A stretch of 64,000 nucleotides of DNA from positions 62,174-126,173 of the forward strand of contig CAYUBQ010000003.1 in NCBI GenBank assembly GCA_964443135.1, in the 5' to 3' direction. Under the pieces are notes generated by a model. It saw only the letters and a list, made by a program, of their open reading frames with translations, did no database searches and was not told where the DNA came from. Position numbers and translations under genes: made by a program. Below, one piece after another: positions 50,955-60,439 of this stretch; position 1 is the first letter of the stretch, and each line of letters starts with the position of its first letter. The stretch is from an uncultured Desulfobacterales bacterium. Lineage in GTDB: Bacteria; Desulfobacterota; DSM-4660; Desulfatiglandales; HGW-15.

Positions 50955-52008
50955 TTCCCACGCGCCAGACCTTGCCCGCCAGGTCCCCCAAGCCGCCCCC
51001 GATCTCGATGCCGAAGTCGTTCAGCAGACTCTTTCGAACCTTCCCGTCGTCGGCACCCTCCGGTATGCGCACGGCGTTGAGCATGGGAAGGCGCTCGCTC
51101 TCGGGCACCAGCATGGAAAGCCCCATGGCCTCCAGCCCGGCCACCAGGGCCCGGTGGTTCCGGCGATGACGCTCGAAGCGGGCCTCGAGCCCCTCCTCCG
51201 CGATGAGGCGCAGGGCTTCGCGCAGGGCGTAGATCATGTTGATCGGAGCCGTGTGGTGGTACTTGCGCTCCGAGCCCCAGTAGCTGCTCACCATGCTCAT
51301 GTCCAGGTACCAGCTGGCCACCGGGCCTTTCCGGTTGTTCAGGGCCTCCATGGCCGCAGCGCTGAACGAGACGGGCGAGAGACCCGGAGGGCAGGAGATG
51401 CACTTCTGGGTGCCGCTGTATGCCGCGTCGATCCCCATCCGGTCCAGGGCGACCTCCATGCCGGCCAGGGAGGTGACCATGTCCACCAGGAAGAGCGCCC
51501 CGCAGTCCTTTGCGATTCGGGAAAGGTCCTCGAGGGGCGTGCAGGCCCCGGTGGAGGTCTCGGCGTGGACCATGGCGAGGGCCTTGGGGCTCCGGCCCTG
51601 AACGGCCTTCCGGACCGCATCCGCGTCGACGGCCCTTCCCCACTCGCCGTCCACGCGGATGAGCTTGCCTCCCAGCCGGTTCACGATGTCCGCCATCCTT
51701 GTCCCGAACACGCCGTTCACGCAGACCACCACCTCGTCCCCGGGCTCCACCAGGTTCACGAAGCAGGTCTCCATGCCCGCGCTCCCGGTGCCCGAGACCG
51801 GCATGGTCAGGGGGTTCTGCGTCTGGAAGAGAAACCGCAGGAGCTGCTGGGTCTCGTCCATGATGGAGAGGAAGCGGGGATCGAGGTGACCGATGCAGGG
51901 GGCGGAAAGGGCCTGGAGGACCCTGGGGTGCACGTCGCTGGGGCCTGGGCCCATGAGGATCCTCTGGCCCGGATCCAGATCCCGAAACGCGTTCCTGTCG
52001 AAGGTCAT
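50812..52008 (-). CDS. Class V aminotransferase (serine-pyruvate / alanine-glyoxylate type)
   Basis: LMGPGPSDVHPRVLQA N-terminus, SGTGSAGME and SGTQKCISCPPG (PLP Lys). Confidence 0.9.
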   Translation of the reverse strand: MTFDRNAFRDLDPGQRILMGPGPSDVHPRVLQALSAPCIGHLDPRFLSIMDETQQLLRFLFQTQNPLTMPVSGTGSAGMETCFVNLVEPGDEVVVCVNGVFGTRMADIVNRLGGKLIRVDGEWGRAVDADAVRKAVQGRSPKALAMVHAETSTGACTPLEDLSRIAKDCGALFLVDMVTSLAGMEVALDRMGIDAAYSGTQKCISCPPGLSPVSFSAAAMEALNNRKGPVASWYLDMSMVSSYWGSERKYHHTAPINMIYALREALRLIAEEGLEARFERHRRNHRALVAGLEAMGLSMLVPESERLPMLNAVRIPEGADDGKVRKSLLNDFGIEIGGGLGDLAGKVWRVGIMGHASCRRNVVLFLAALECILKAQGVKVRPGGAEEAAASLRTPACK

Positions 52009-52237
52009 GACGTCCTCCTTCCGTTATGGGGGGTTCGGTTCGAGCGGGGACCGGGGCGGACCCCGGTCCGATCCTCGGGGCTTCGCTCGCGCCGCTCCGC
52101 CGCATTCTTCGAATAGCAAATGAAAACCGCAGGTACCAGAACATTTTCGGATTCGTCGCTCCGGCTTTCGAAACCCCGCAGAGGGGTCCACGCTGCGCAG
52201 GGTGGACCCTCGCGCCTGCGATCCCCGGGTTTCCGCT

Positions 52238-52266
52238 TTGTCATTTCTCGATTTTCTCTGTATGTT
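52238..52266 (+). promoter_or_regulatory. Sigma-70-type promoter candidate
   Basis: TTGTCA (52238..52243), a 17-nt spacer, then TATGTT (52261..52266). About 105 nt upstream of the NlpC/P60 gene. Confidence 0.45.
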
Positions 52267-52373
52267 GCGGTGTCCGGACGAACGCATGTCCTCCGGCATT
52301 CGAGAGCGCCTTTGGCGGTCCTTCATCCGGAAGGTTCCGCGGCACGGCGCCGGTTTCGAGGCGCGGGCCCCCC

Positions 52374-53150
52374 ATGAAGCCGAACAGTCCGATGAACCGA
52401 TTCCTGTTTCAGCTGATCGCTCTGTCGTTTTGTCTCGTCGCGGGGGGATGCGGCTCGAAGCCCGCCACGGCGCCTTCTCCCGGGAGGCCCTCCACGCCGG
52501 GGGTCACGGAAGCCGGCTACGCCGTGCAGCTCGGGGCCTTTTCGGTGCTCGGGAACGCCGTCCGCCTCACCGACCGGCTCGAGGCCCGGGGGGAGGCCGC
52601 CTACTACTTCCGTCACGCCTCCGGCCTCTACAAGGTCCGCCTAGGCGACTACCCCACGCGGGCGGAGGCCCTCTCCAAGGCCCGCGAGCTCGTGGCGGAG
52701 GGGCTCGTGGACACCTACTGGGTCGTCGGCCCCGAGGACTATGCCCTGGCGAGGGCCGGGATCCACGGCGACCGCCTGCTGAGAGACGAGATCGTTCGGA
52801 CGGCGAAAGGGTTCATCGGTCTGCCTTACCAGTGGGGGGGTGACAGCCCGGAGAGGGGGTTCGACTGCAGCGGGCTGGTCATGGCCTCCTACCAGATGAA
52901 CGGGCTCAACATCCCCCGCTCGTCCCGGGAGCAGTTCCGCCGGGGCCGCGTCGTGTCGGGGAAAGACCTCGAAAAGGCCGACCTGGTCTTCTTCTCCATC
53001 CGGTCGGGGAAAAAGGTGAGCCACGTGGGGCTCTATGTGGGAGAGGGGGCCTTCATCCACGCCCCGGGAGCGGGAAAGGGCATTCGCGTGGACTCCCTCT
53101 CGAACCCCTACTTCCGCAGGCACTACGTCGGGGCCAGAGCCTACCTCTGA
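52374..53150 (+). CDS. Lipoprotein with SPOR domain and NlpC/P60 (C40) peptidase domain
   Basis: Lipobox LVAGGC, a SPOR-like region (YAVQLGAFSVLGNA...YKVRLGDY), then GLPYQWGGDSPERGFDCSGLV...HVGLYVG. Confidence 0.85.
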   Translation: MKPNSPMNRFLFQLIALSFCLVAGGCGSKPATAPSPGRPSTPGVTEAGYAVQLGAFSVLGNAVRLTDRLEARGEAAYYFRHASGLYKVRLGDYPTRAEALSKARELVAEGLVDTYWVVGPEDYALARAGIHGDRLLRDEIVRTAKGFIGLPYQWGGDSPERGFDCSGLVMASYQMNGLNIPRSSREQFRRGRVVSGKDLEKADLVFFSIRSGKKVSHVGLYVGEGAFIHAPGAGKGIRVDSLSNPYFRRHYVGARAYL

Positions 53151-53195
53151 ATCGCAGCACCCGGGCTCGTCCTCCGGCTTCGTTCGAGCCGGCTG

Positions 53196-53696
53196 TCAGT
53201 CCACCCTGCGAAACCTTCCCGGGACCGCCCCGCAGACCGGGCAGCGGTCCGGGATGTCGGCCGGGTGAACGTGCCCGCAGATCCCGCAGACGAAGTAGTC
53301 GAGGTCCTCGGCCGGGTCGTCGCCCTCGAGGGCCCCGGCCGCAAGCTCCACCACCTCCTCCCGGGCGCGTTTGGACTGGATGAAACCCTTGCGCACGGCG
53401 CCGCTGGTCTCGGCCGCTTTGACGTCCGGGATCATCGCTTCGTAGGTTTCTATTCCCTGCCTCGCCGTCTCCCGGGCCTCCCGGAGGTTCGCGTCCGTGG
53501 GACCGATCTTGCCCCGCATGAGGTGGCCGAAGCGGCCCGCCCGGACCTTCTCGGCCTGGGCCAGGGCCCGGAAGAGACGCCCGAGCCCGCCGCGGCCCTC
53601 CTTCTCCGCCAGCATGGCGAAGGCCTCGTAACGAGAGGCGGCGCGGGACGCCTCGGCAAAGCCGCGGGCGATGTGCTCCTGAATCTTGTTCGTCAT
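53196..53696 (-). CDS. Rubrerythrin-family protein (ferritin-like domain plus C-terminal rubredoxin-like CxxC pair)
   Basis: C-terminal CGICGH...CPVCG. The helical N-domain is more divergent than in the rbr at 28521. Confidence 0.8.
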   Translation of the reverse strand: MTNKIQEHIARGFAEASRAASRYEAFAMLAEKEGRGGLGRLFRALAQAEKVRAGRFGHLMRGKIGPTDANLREARETARQGIETYEAMIPDVKAAETSGAVRKGFIQSKRAREEVVELAAGALEGDDPAEDLDYFVCGICGHVHPADIPDRCPVCGAVPGRFRRVD

Positions 53697-53876
53697 GTCT
53701 CATTCATCCCCGGTGCGCTGTCCGCGCTCAGAATGGCCGTGAGGTGACGCTTGATGTTCTGTTCATTCATGGAGCGGGGTTTCCCCTCCGGAGCTCCGGC
53801 CTGCCCGTCTCACGGGCCGATCACAGACGGGTCTCCCGGCCGGCCCTGTCAGCTGCCCCGCGGGGGTCCCGCCGAC

Positions 53877-55100
53877 TCACCGGCGGCGCGAGAGCAGCTG
53901 GAGCAGCCCGTCGATGTCCTGCTCCGTGTGGTCGGCGTTGACCTGGAAGCGGATGGTCTCGTCCCCCCTGGGGACCACCGGAAAGGTCAGGCCCACGGCG
54001 AGGACGCCGTCTTCGAAGAGGTCTCCGACCATGCGCCGGGTGGCGCCGGTGTCCCGTACGAGGAGGGGCACCACGGGATGGGGGCCGGGGATGGACTCCA
54101 GACCCAGGGCCGACAAGCCCTCCCGAAACTGCTCCGTTCTTTGCCTCAGCCGGACCAGGCGGTCCCGGCCCTCCGGGCCGTCGGCGATCTCCAGGGCCGC
54201 CAGGGCGGCGGCGCAGTCCCCCACGCTGAGGGGATTCGTGTAGATGTAGGTGTCCGCCTTCTGCCGGACGGCCTCCATGACCGTGGGACTGGAGGCCACG
54301 AACCCGCCGTTGACACCGAAGGCCTTGCCGAACGTCCCGACGATCACGTCCGGAGAGGCTCCGGTGTGCTCGGCCGTCCCCCGGCCGGTCGCCCCGTAGG
54401 CGCCGATCCCATGGGAGTCGTCCATCACGGTGATCACCCCGTCCCGGAACCGGCCGCTGTAGCTTCCCGCGAGGTCCGCGATCCGATCCGCCGGGGCGAA
54501 GTCGCCCCGCATGCTGAAGATGCCGTCGAAGACGACCACCACGCGCTCCACGCCTTCCGGGACGTTGTCCAGGCACTGCTCCAGGCCCGCCATGTCGTTG
54601 TGGGGGTAGATGGCCTTGTTCTCGCTCGGCACGTTGGCGATGCGCATGGAGCGGATGATGCAGTTGTGATTCAGCTCGTCCCCGATCCAGTAGGTTCTCT
54701 TGTGGGCGATCGCCAGGGCCGCGCCCAGCACGGTGGTGTAGGCCGAGTTGAAGATCTTGGCGGCGGGCTTTCCCATGAAACGCGCGGTCCGCGCCTCCAG
54801 CGCCGCGTGCTGGGCGAAGGTCCCGTCGATGAACCGGACCGCGCCCGGGCCCGCGCCCAGGGCCTTGGTGGCCTCGTGGGCCGCATCGACGAGCCTCGGG
54901 TGGTTGGACAGGGAGAGGTAGCTGTTGGAGTTCATCCGCAGGAAGGGCCGGTCCAGGCCTCGAAGCCGGTAGCGGGGTCCGCGCTTTCCCTTCGGGGGGA
55001 GGTACTCGACGATGACCCGTTCCGGGGGCTTGGCCCTGCCTTCGGACTCGAGGGCCTCCAGGTCCTGCTTCAGCGCTTCATCCAGTCGATCCAGTGCCAT
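53877..55100 (-). CDS. kbl: Glycine C-acetyltransferase (2-amino-3-ketobutyrate CoA ligase)
   Basis: alpha-Oxoamine synthase motifs ([24 protein letters not shown]). Lies immediately downstream of tdh. Confidence 0.9.
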   Translation of the reverse strand: MALDRLDEALKQDLEALESEGRAKPPERVIVEYLPPKGKRGPRYRLRGLDRPFLRMNSNSYLSLSNHPRLVDAAHEATKALGAGPGAVRFIDGTFAQHAALEARTARFMGKPAAKIFNSAYTTVLGAALAIAHKRTYWIGDELNHNCIIRSMRIANVPSENKAIYPHNDMAGLEQCLDNVPEGVERVVVVFDGIFSMRGDFAPADRIADLAGSYSGRFRDGVITVMDDSHGIGAYGATGRGTAEHTGASPDVIVGTFGKAFGVNGGFVASSPTVMEAVRQKADTYIYTNPLSVGDCAAALAALEIADGPEGRDRLVRLRQRTEQFREGLSALGLESIPGPHPVVPLLVRDTGATRRMVGDLFEDGVLAVGLTFPVVPRGDETIRFQVNADHTEQDIDGLLQLLSRRR

Positions 55101-56166
55101 GGCGCATGCTCCTTTCGAGAGGGGCTTCTCCTTCCGTCCAGTTCAGGATCACCTTTCCCGAACGGCCGGATTTCATCGCCTCGAACCCCTTCTCGAACTC
55201 GGTGTAGTGAAAACGGTGGGTGATGACCGGCTCGATGTCGAGCCCCATGCGGACCATGACGCCCATCTTGTGCCAGGTCTCGAACATCCGCCGGCCGTAG
55301 ATCCCTTTGAGGGTGAGCCCCTTGAACACGAGCCGGGCCCAGTCGATGGCGGTTTCCCCGGAGAGGATCCCGAGGAGGGCGATGTTGGCCCCGCTGCGCA
55401 CGTTGTCCAGGATGGCCCTGAGCCCGTCCGGGGTGCCGGACATCTCCAGGCCGGCGTCGAAACCCTCCTTCATGCCCAGGGCGTTCTGGACCTCCTTCAG
55501 GTCCGTGCTCCTCGCGTCCACCGCAAGGGTGGCGCCCAGCCTCCGGGCCAGCTCGAGGCGATAGGGGATCACGTCCGTGACCACCACGTGGCGCGCGCCG
55601 GCGAAGCGGGCCACGGCCGCCGACATGCAGCCGATGGGGCCGGCCCCGGTGACCAGGACGTCCTCCCCCAGCAGGTCGAATGACAGGGCCGAGTGGACCG
55701 CATTGCCCAGCGGATCGAAGCAGGCGAGGACGTCCAGGGGGGCGTCCTCGTCGCAACGCCACACGTTGGTCATGGGAACGGCCAGGTACTCGGCGAAAGC
55801 GCCCGGTCGGTTCACGCCCACCCCGACGGTGTTGATGCAGAGGTGTCGCTGCCCGGCGCGGCAGTTCCGGCAGTGCCCGCAGACGATGTGGCCCTCGGCC
55901 GACACCAGCTCGCCGGGCTCGAACTCGGAGGCGTCCTCGCCGGTCGCCTCGACGCGGCCGACGAACTCGTGACCGACGTGCATGGGGACCGGGATGGTGC
56001 TACGGGCCCATTCGTCCCAGTTGTAGATGTGGAGGTCCGTGCCGCAGATGGCGGTCTTGTGAACGCGAATGAGCACCTCGTTCGCTCGGAGCGAGGGTAC
56101 GGGCACGTCCTCCAGCCGGAGGCCCGGGCCGGGCTCCACCTTGACCAGCGCTTTCATGGTGTCCAC
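55078..56166 (-). CDS. tdh: L-threonine 3-dehydrogenase
   Basis: MKALVK..., [33 protein letters not shown] and GAGPIG. The likely true start is ATG 56157. Overlaps kbl by 23 nt. Confidence 0.92.
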   Translation of the reverse strand: MDTMKALVKVEPGPGLRLEDVPVPSLRANEVLIRVHKTAICGTDLHIYNWDEWARSTIPVPMHVGHEFVGRVEATGEDASEFEPGELVSAEGHIVCGHCRNCRAGQRHLCINTVGVGVNRPGAFAEYLAVPMTNVWRCDEDAPLDVLACFDPLGNAVHSALSFDLLGEDVLVTGAGPIGCMSAAVARFAGARHVVVTDVIPYRLELARRLGATLAVDARSTDLKEVQNALGMKEGFDAGLEMSGTPDGLRAILDNVRSGANIALLGILSGETAIDWARLVFKGLTLKGIYGRRMFETWHKMGVMVRMGLDIEPVITHRFHYTEFEKGFEAMKSGRSGKVILNWTEGEAPLERSMRHGTGSTG

Positions 56167-56235
56167 AAGAGCCTTCCTTTCCCGGCGGTTCGGCGGACGA
56201 AGACACCCCCCGGCCGGCGCCGCGGCGGGATCCGG

Positions 56236-56598
56236 TCAAGCACCCGCGGGCTCGGACGGGGGCAGGGGAGACATCGCATCCAGGATGGAGAGCCCGACGA
56301 GGGTGTGATTGCGAAATCGACCCTCGACGGCCGGTGAAACGTGCTGGATTTTCGCACGCAGGATCCTGGGTGGTTCCGGGCTGACCGGACCGTAGAACTT
56401 CATTTCGAGGGTCGAACCCACGTGCAGGAAATCCAGCACGGGAGAATCCATGCGGACCAGAAAGCACAGCCCCTGGGCCGACAGGTTCCACAGGTTGAAC
56501 TGGTAGACATAGTCGAGCTCGGGCAGGGAAAGCTCCACGCTGTGGAAATCCCCTCCGGGGACGCGTTGCTCGCTCCGCCTGTCTGTTGGATCGATCAT
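56236..56598 (-). CDS. PilZ-domain protein
   Basis: RRSEQR (RxxxR) and NLSAQG (D/NxSxxG) c-di-GMP-binding motifs. 120 aa. Confidence 0.8.
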   Translation of the reverse strand: MIDPTDRRSEQRVPGGDFHSVELSLPELDYVYQFNLWNLSAQGLCFLVRMDSPVLDFLHVGSTLEMKFYGPVSPEPPRILRAKIQHVSPAVEGRFRNHTLVGLSILDAMSPLPPSEPAGA

Positions 56599-56613
56599 TT
56601 CCCGCTGTCTCCT

Positions 56614-56722
56614 GATTGACGGATTCGCAACAACCCGCTCACCCGCCGCTGGAAACGCTATAACCCGTTGACATTACCTGGGCAGATCTCGAGGTTGAGG
56701 CCTTTTTACGACTCCTTCCTGA
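56614..56722 (+). repeat. Dispersed copy of the 107-bp family-1 unit
   Basis: GATTGACGGATTCGCAACAACCCGCTCACCCGCCGCTGG...GTTGACATTACCTGGGCAGATCTCGAGGTTGAGGCCTTTTTACGACTCC. Carries TTGACA-N17-GAGGTT. Confidence 0.85.
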
Positions 56723-57248
56723 TTCGAGCGGGGGCGTCCTCCCGGAGCGGAGGTGCGGCCGGGTGTCGGGTCGTCGGCCCGGTCGCCTCACCCGTTCTCT
56801 CCCGGTCGAAGGCCCGCCGGGATCGGACCGGGATGTATCCCGCTTCCGAAACCGGAAGGAGGGTCCGGTGCCCGGACCCGCTGGAGATCCGTTCCAACGG
56901 TCCACGGCCGGATCGAGCAGGGAACCGGGGAACGGGAGAGAGCCTTCTCGAGGACTGCTGCGGGACCGGTTACGATGCAACCGGCGGGAAAAGACGGGGC
57001 CATGGACGCACGATGGCTTCGTTTTCGAAAGGCGGATGTCTCCGAGCTGTTCATGCTGTTCTCCAGGCGCGCTGCCGCAGCGGCCATGAGAATCGTGCCC
57101 CGTTCCTGTATAGGGCATCGACGGCGAATTTGCAACCGGCTTCGCATCCCGAGAAAGGAGATGCATCAACCATCGAAATGGGATAGGATCTCTCTACCCC
57201 CCCTGCAAAGAGCTTCCACAGGACGAAATCGGAAAGAGGAGGAAAGGG

Positions 57249-57722
57249 ATGCGTGGAATTCGGAAGGTCCTGGCAGCGATCGATCTATCCGACTACTCGA
57301 GAGAGACCGTGGGACTGGCGCTGGAGATCGCCCATGCCACCGGTGCCGAGCTCATCGTCGTCAACGTGATCAATCAACGGGACATCGAGGCCATGGAGAA
57401 GATCGCCGAGCAGATCAGCCATCTCTCGACGGAGGAGTACTTCAGGCACCGGGAGCAGGACCGGGAGCGTCGGCTGGGGGAGCTCCTCGACCGGTTCGGG
57501 GGGGCGAACAGCGGACTGGATATGCGGACCATTGTCCTCCGCGGCGTTCCCTTCTCGCGGATCATGGAGGTGATGCAGGACTTCGAGGTGGATCTGGTCG
57601 TCATGGGGGCGAAAGGCCGGACCAACCTGGCGGACGTGTTGTTCGGGTCCACGGCTGAAAAGGTCTTCCGGCACTCCCCGGTCCCCGTCCTGAGCGTTCG
57701 CCGCCGAGGCGAGGAGGATTGA
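57249..57722 (+). CDS. usp: Universal stress protein (UspA family)
   Basis: [12 protein letters not shown], the VVMGAKGRT.. pattern and a length of 157 aa. GAGGAGG RBS. Confidence 0.88.
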   Translation: MRGIRKVLAAIDLSDYSRETVGLALEIAHATGAELIVVNVINQRDIEAMEKIAEQISHLSTEEYFRHREQDRERRLGELLDRFGGANSGLDMRTIVLRGVPFSRIMEVMQDFEVDLVVMGAKGRTNLADVLFGSTAEKVFRHSPVPVLSVRRRGEED

Positions 57723-57726
57723 ACTC

Positions 57727-59160
57727 TCACTCGTGAAACGGCCGGCCTGCGGCCTTTCCCGCGACCTCCAGCAGGATCTCGGCCAGTGTGGGGTGGGCGT
57801 GGATGGTGTCGGCCACGTCCTGGACCGTGCACTGCCGCCGTATGGCCAGGGCCGCCTCGGCCACGAGGTCGGTGGCGCCGGCCCCCACCAGGTGAACCCC
57901 GAGGATGCGCCCGGTCCTCTCTTCGAGGACCAGCTTCGCCTCGCCCGCGATCCTTCCCAGGACCTGGGCCTTCCCCGAGGTCCGAAAGAGAACCGATTCC
58001 GAGCGCACCCCCAGCCCGGCCTCCCTGGCCTCGTCCTCGGTCCGGCCCACCACGCCGATCTCGGGAGCCGTGAAGATGGCCCCGGGTACCACGTCGTACC
58101 GCATCGGCCGATCCATGCCCATTGCGTTCTCGGCGGCCAGCCTTCCCTCGGCCGTGGCCACGTGGGCGAGCATGATCCGGCCGGGACCCAACGCGTCGCC
58201 CACGGCGTAGACGCCCGCGGCGCCGGTGCCTAGGCGATCGTCCGCCGGAATCCATCCTGCGGGATCCGGCTCCAGCCCGAGGTTTTCCAGGCCCAGCCCG
58301 GACGTGTCGGGCCGGCGTCCCACGCACACCAGGACGCAGTCCGCCTCCACGATCTCCGCGGGGCGTTCCCGCTGTTCCGATCCTGCGAAAGGGGACCCCC
58401 CGATGCGCACGCCGCAGCGTCCCCCGCGCTCCTCCACGCCTTCCACCCCGGCGTCCGCCAGGACCCGGATCTTTCGCTTCTTCATCTCCCGGAGCAGGGT
58501 CTTGACGCAGTCCCGGTCCACGCCGGGGATGGGGAGCAGCCGGTCCATCGCCTCCACCAGGGTCACCTGCGAGCCGAGCCCGGAAAAGATGGAGGCGAAC
58601 TCACAGCCGATGACGCCGCCCCCGACGATCACCATGGCGTCGGGCACGGCCTCCAGGGAGAGGGCGTGATCGCTGGAGAGGACCGTGGTGCCGTTGAACG
58701 GGAGGTGGGGCAGGGGCGCGGGGACCGAGCCGGTGGCGAGGATCAGCCGGTCCCATTCGACCGTTTCCAGGCCGCCTGCGGCTGGGGTGACGGAGAGCCG
58801 GCCGGGGCCCTCGACGCGGCCCTGCCCCTGGAGGTGCCGGATCCCCCGCTGCTTGAACAGGCGGAGGAGGCCCTGAATCTGGCCCTGGATCACCCGCTCC
58901 TTTCGCCGCATGAGCGCCGCCATGTCCGGAGAGGCGCCCCCTTCGACCGCGACGCCGAACTCCCCGGCCCGGCGCACCTGCTCCAGGACGTCGGCGGCCG
59001 TCTTCATCACCTTGGAGGGGATGCAGCCCCAGTTCAGGCAGGTTCCCCCGACGTTTCCCCGTTCGACGAGGGTGACCTCGGCCCCGAGCTGCGAGGCCCG
59101 GACCGCCGCGGCGTATCCTCCGGGACCCGCCCCGACCACGGCGACTCTGGTCCCGGTCAT
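57727..59160 (-). CDS. lpd: Dihydrolipoyl dehydrogenase
   Basis: GAGPGGY, redox-active GGTCLNWGCIPSK, GGGVIGCE and a C-terminal HAHPT motif. Confidence 0.92.
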   Translation of the reverse strand: MTGTRVAVVGAGPGGYAAAVRASQLGAEVTLVERGNVGGTCLNWGCIPSKVMKTAADVLEQVRRAGEFGVAVEGGASPDMAALMRRKERVIQGQIQGLLRLFKQRGIRHLQGQGRVEGPGRLSVTPAAGGLETVEWDRLILATGSVPAPLPHLPFNGTTVLSSDHALSLEAVPDAMVIVGGGVIGCEFASIFSGLGSQVTLVEAMDRLLPIPGVDRDCVKTLLREMKKRKIRVLADAGVEGVEERGGRCGVRIGGSPFAGSEQRERPAEIVEADCVLVCVGRRPDTSGLGLENLGLEPDPAGWIPADDRLGTGAAGVYAVGDALGPGRIMLAHVATAEGRLAAENAMGMDRPMRYDVVPGAIFTAPEIGVVGRTEDEAREAGLGVRSESVLFRTSGKAQVLGRIAGEAKLVLEERTGRILGVHLVGAGATDLVAEAALAIRRQCTVQDVADTIHAHPTLAEILLEVAGKAAGRPFHE

Positions 59161-60425
59161 GTTCCGCTCCTCTCGGGTCCGGCGGGCCCGCTCTCCCTGG
59201 ACTCCCGGTACCGCGCGATGTCCGACTCGGTGATGCCGAGGCAGTAGAGAATGTTGATCATCTGGTCGCCGCTGAATATGCCGTCCGCGGGCGGGATGCT
59301 TTCGGACGGCTTGCAGGCGATGGAAAGGCCCACGTCCTTCATGAAGCGGGACCCGGCCGATCCCCCTCCCACCGCCACCACCTGGTCCCGGCTGATCTCC
59401 TCCACGTTCATGATGAACTCCAGGATCTCGTTCTTGGTGGCCGCGGTCAGCACCGGCTCCTCGAGGCTCCCGGTGGCGTTTCCCGCTTCGTCTTTCTGGA
59501 GGGTGTTGCAGAACGCGTAGTCCACGCCTTCGGCCTCGTAGATGCCCCTCAAAAAGCAGTCCAGCCCCGTGGAGAGGAGGGCCACCTTGTACCCCATGGA
59601 CTTGAGGATGCGGAGCAGCTCCAGGGCCCCCGGGTGGAGCTCCAGCGAGCGGCCCGCCGTCTCGAGCTCCTGCACCGGGACGCCCCGAAGGGCCTCGACC
59701 CGATCGACCAGGGACTGGGTCCAGCCGCCCGGATCCGCCTGGAGCGGCGGCGCGATCCGCTTTCCCGCCGGGGCGATGCGCTCGTTGACCGCATCCAGAA
59801 AGCGGCGGACGGAGGTCTCCTCGATCAGGCAGGACTCCACGTCGAACACCACGATCTTCTTGGCCTGCCGGTAGGCGCTTTCGCTCTGGATGACCACGCT
59901 CTGGTTCAGGCGGCTGCAGAGCTCCTTCAGCTGCTCCTTCATGCCCTCCAGGGCCCCGGCCCGGGAGGGAAAAGGCTCCCGGCGGACGTCCCGGACGTCG
60001 ACGGTCGTCTCCATGGAGAAAAAGGTGCCCCGCGCGATCATGCGGCAGCTCTCGATGTTCGCGTTGAACCGGTGGAGAAGAGACGAGATCCCGGCGATGA
60101 TCCCGGGCCGATCCATGCCGAGAACGGTCACCAGAAGGTGCTCGCCGGGCCCCTCGCCCCGGTCTTCGTCGCACGCCCGGAGGATCACCTTGAGGCCGGT
60201 CTCCTCCTCGATGCGTTTCAGCGACCCTCGAATCTCCTCGGGGTCCCGGCGAGAGCCGGTGAAGTCGATGACGAGGAAAATGGAAAAGAGACCCCTGCGG
60301 CAGTTCTCCTCCACGTCCAGGATGTTTCCGCCCAGCCCCAGGACCCGTCCGGTGATCTTGGAGACGAGCCCGGGCGAGTCCAGCCCGATGGCCGAAAGGC
60401 TCATGATCTGCTTGAGCTCGGACAT
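59157..60425 (-). CDS. serB: Phosphoserine-phosphatase-like HAD hydrolase with two N-terminal ACT domains (SerB2-type architecture)
   Basis: Two ACT-like repeats (GLDSPGLVSKITG, GMDRPGIIAGISS), then a HAD motif I (VVFDVES) and downstream HAD blocks. Its stop overlaps the lpd start (ATGA). Confidence 0.8.
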   Translation of the reverse strand: MSELKQIMSLSAIGLDSPGLVSKITGRVLGLGGNILDVEENCRRGLFSIFLVIDFTGSRRDPEEIRGSLKRIEEETGLKVILRACDEDRGEGPGEHLLVTVLGMDRPGIIAGISSLLHRFNANIESCRMIARGTFFSMETTVDVRDVRREPFPSRAGALEGMKEQLKELCSRLNQSVVIQSESAYRQAKKIVVFDVESCLIEETSVRRFLDAVNERIAPAGKRIAPPLQADPGGWTQSLVDRVEALRGVPVQELETAGRSLELHPGALELLRILKSMGYKVALLSTGLDCFLRGIYEAEGVDYAFCNTLQKDEAGNATGSLEEPVLTAATKNEILEFIMNVEEISRDQVVAVGGGSAGSRFMKDVGLSIACKPSESIPPADGIFSGDQMINILYCLGITESDIARYRESRESGPAGPERSGT

Positions 60426-60439
60426 TCCTCCCCTCCCTC

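Noticed and set aside
56850-56880. GGAAGGAGGGTCCGGTGCCC resembling the RNase P RNA P4 strand GAGGAAAGUCCGGGC
   Set aside because: The universally conserved AAAGUCC is replaced by GGGUCC. The other RNase P blocks (GGUAAGAGCGCACC-like, 3' P4 strand) are absent.
56599-57248. c-di-GMP riboswitch next to the PilZ gene
   Set aside because: Neither the GEMM-I blocks (GGCAAACC...GACGCAAAGCC) nor the GEMM-II blocks are present on either strand.
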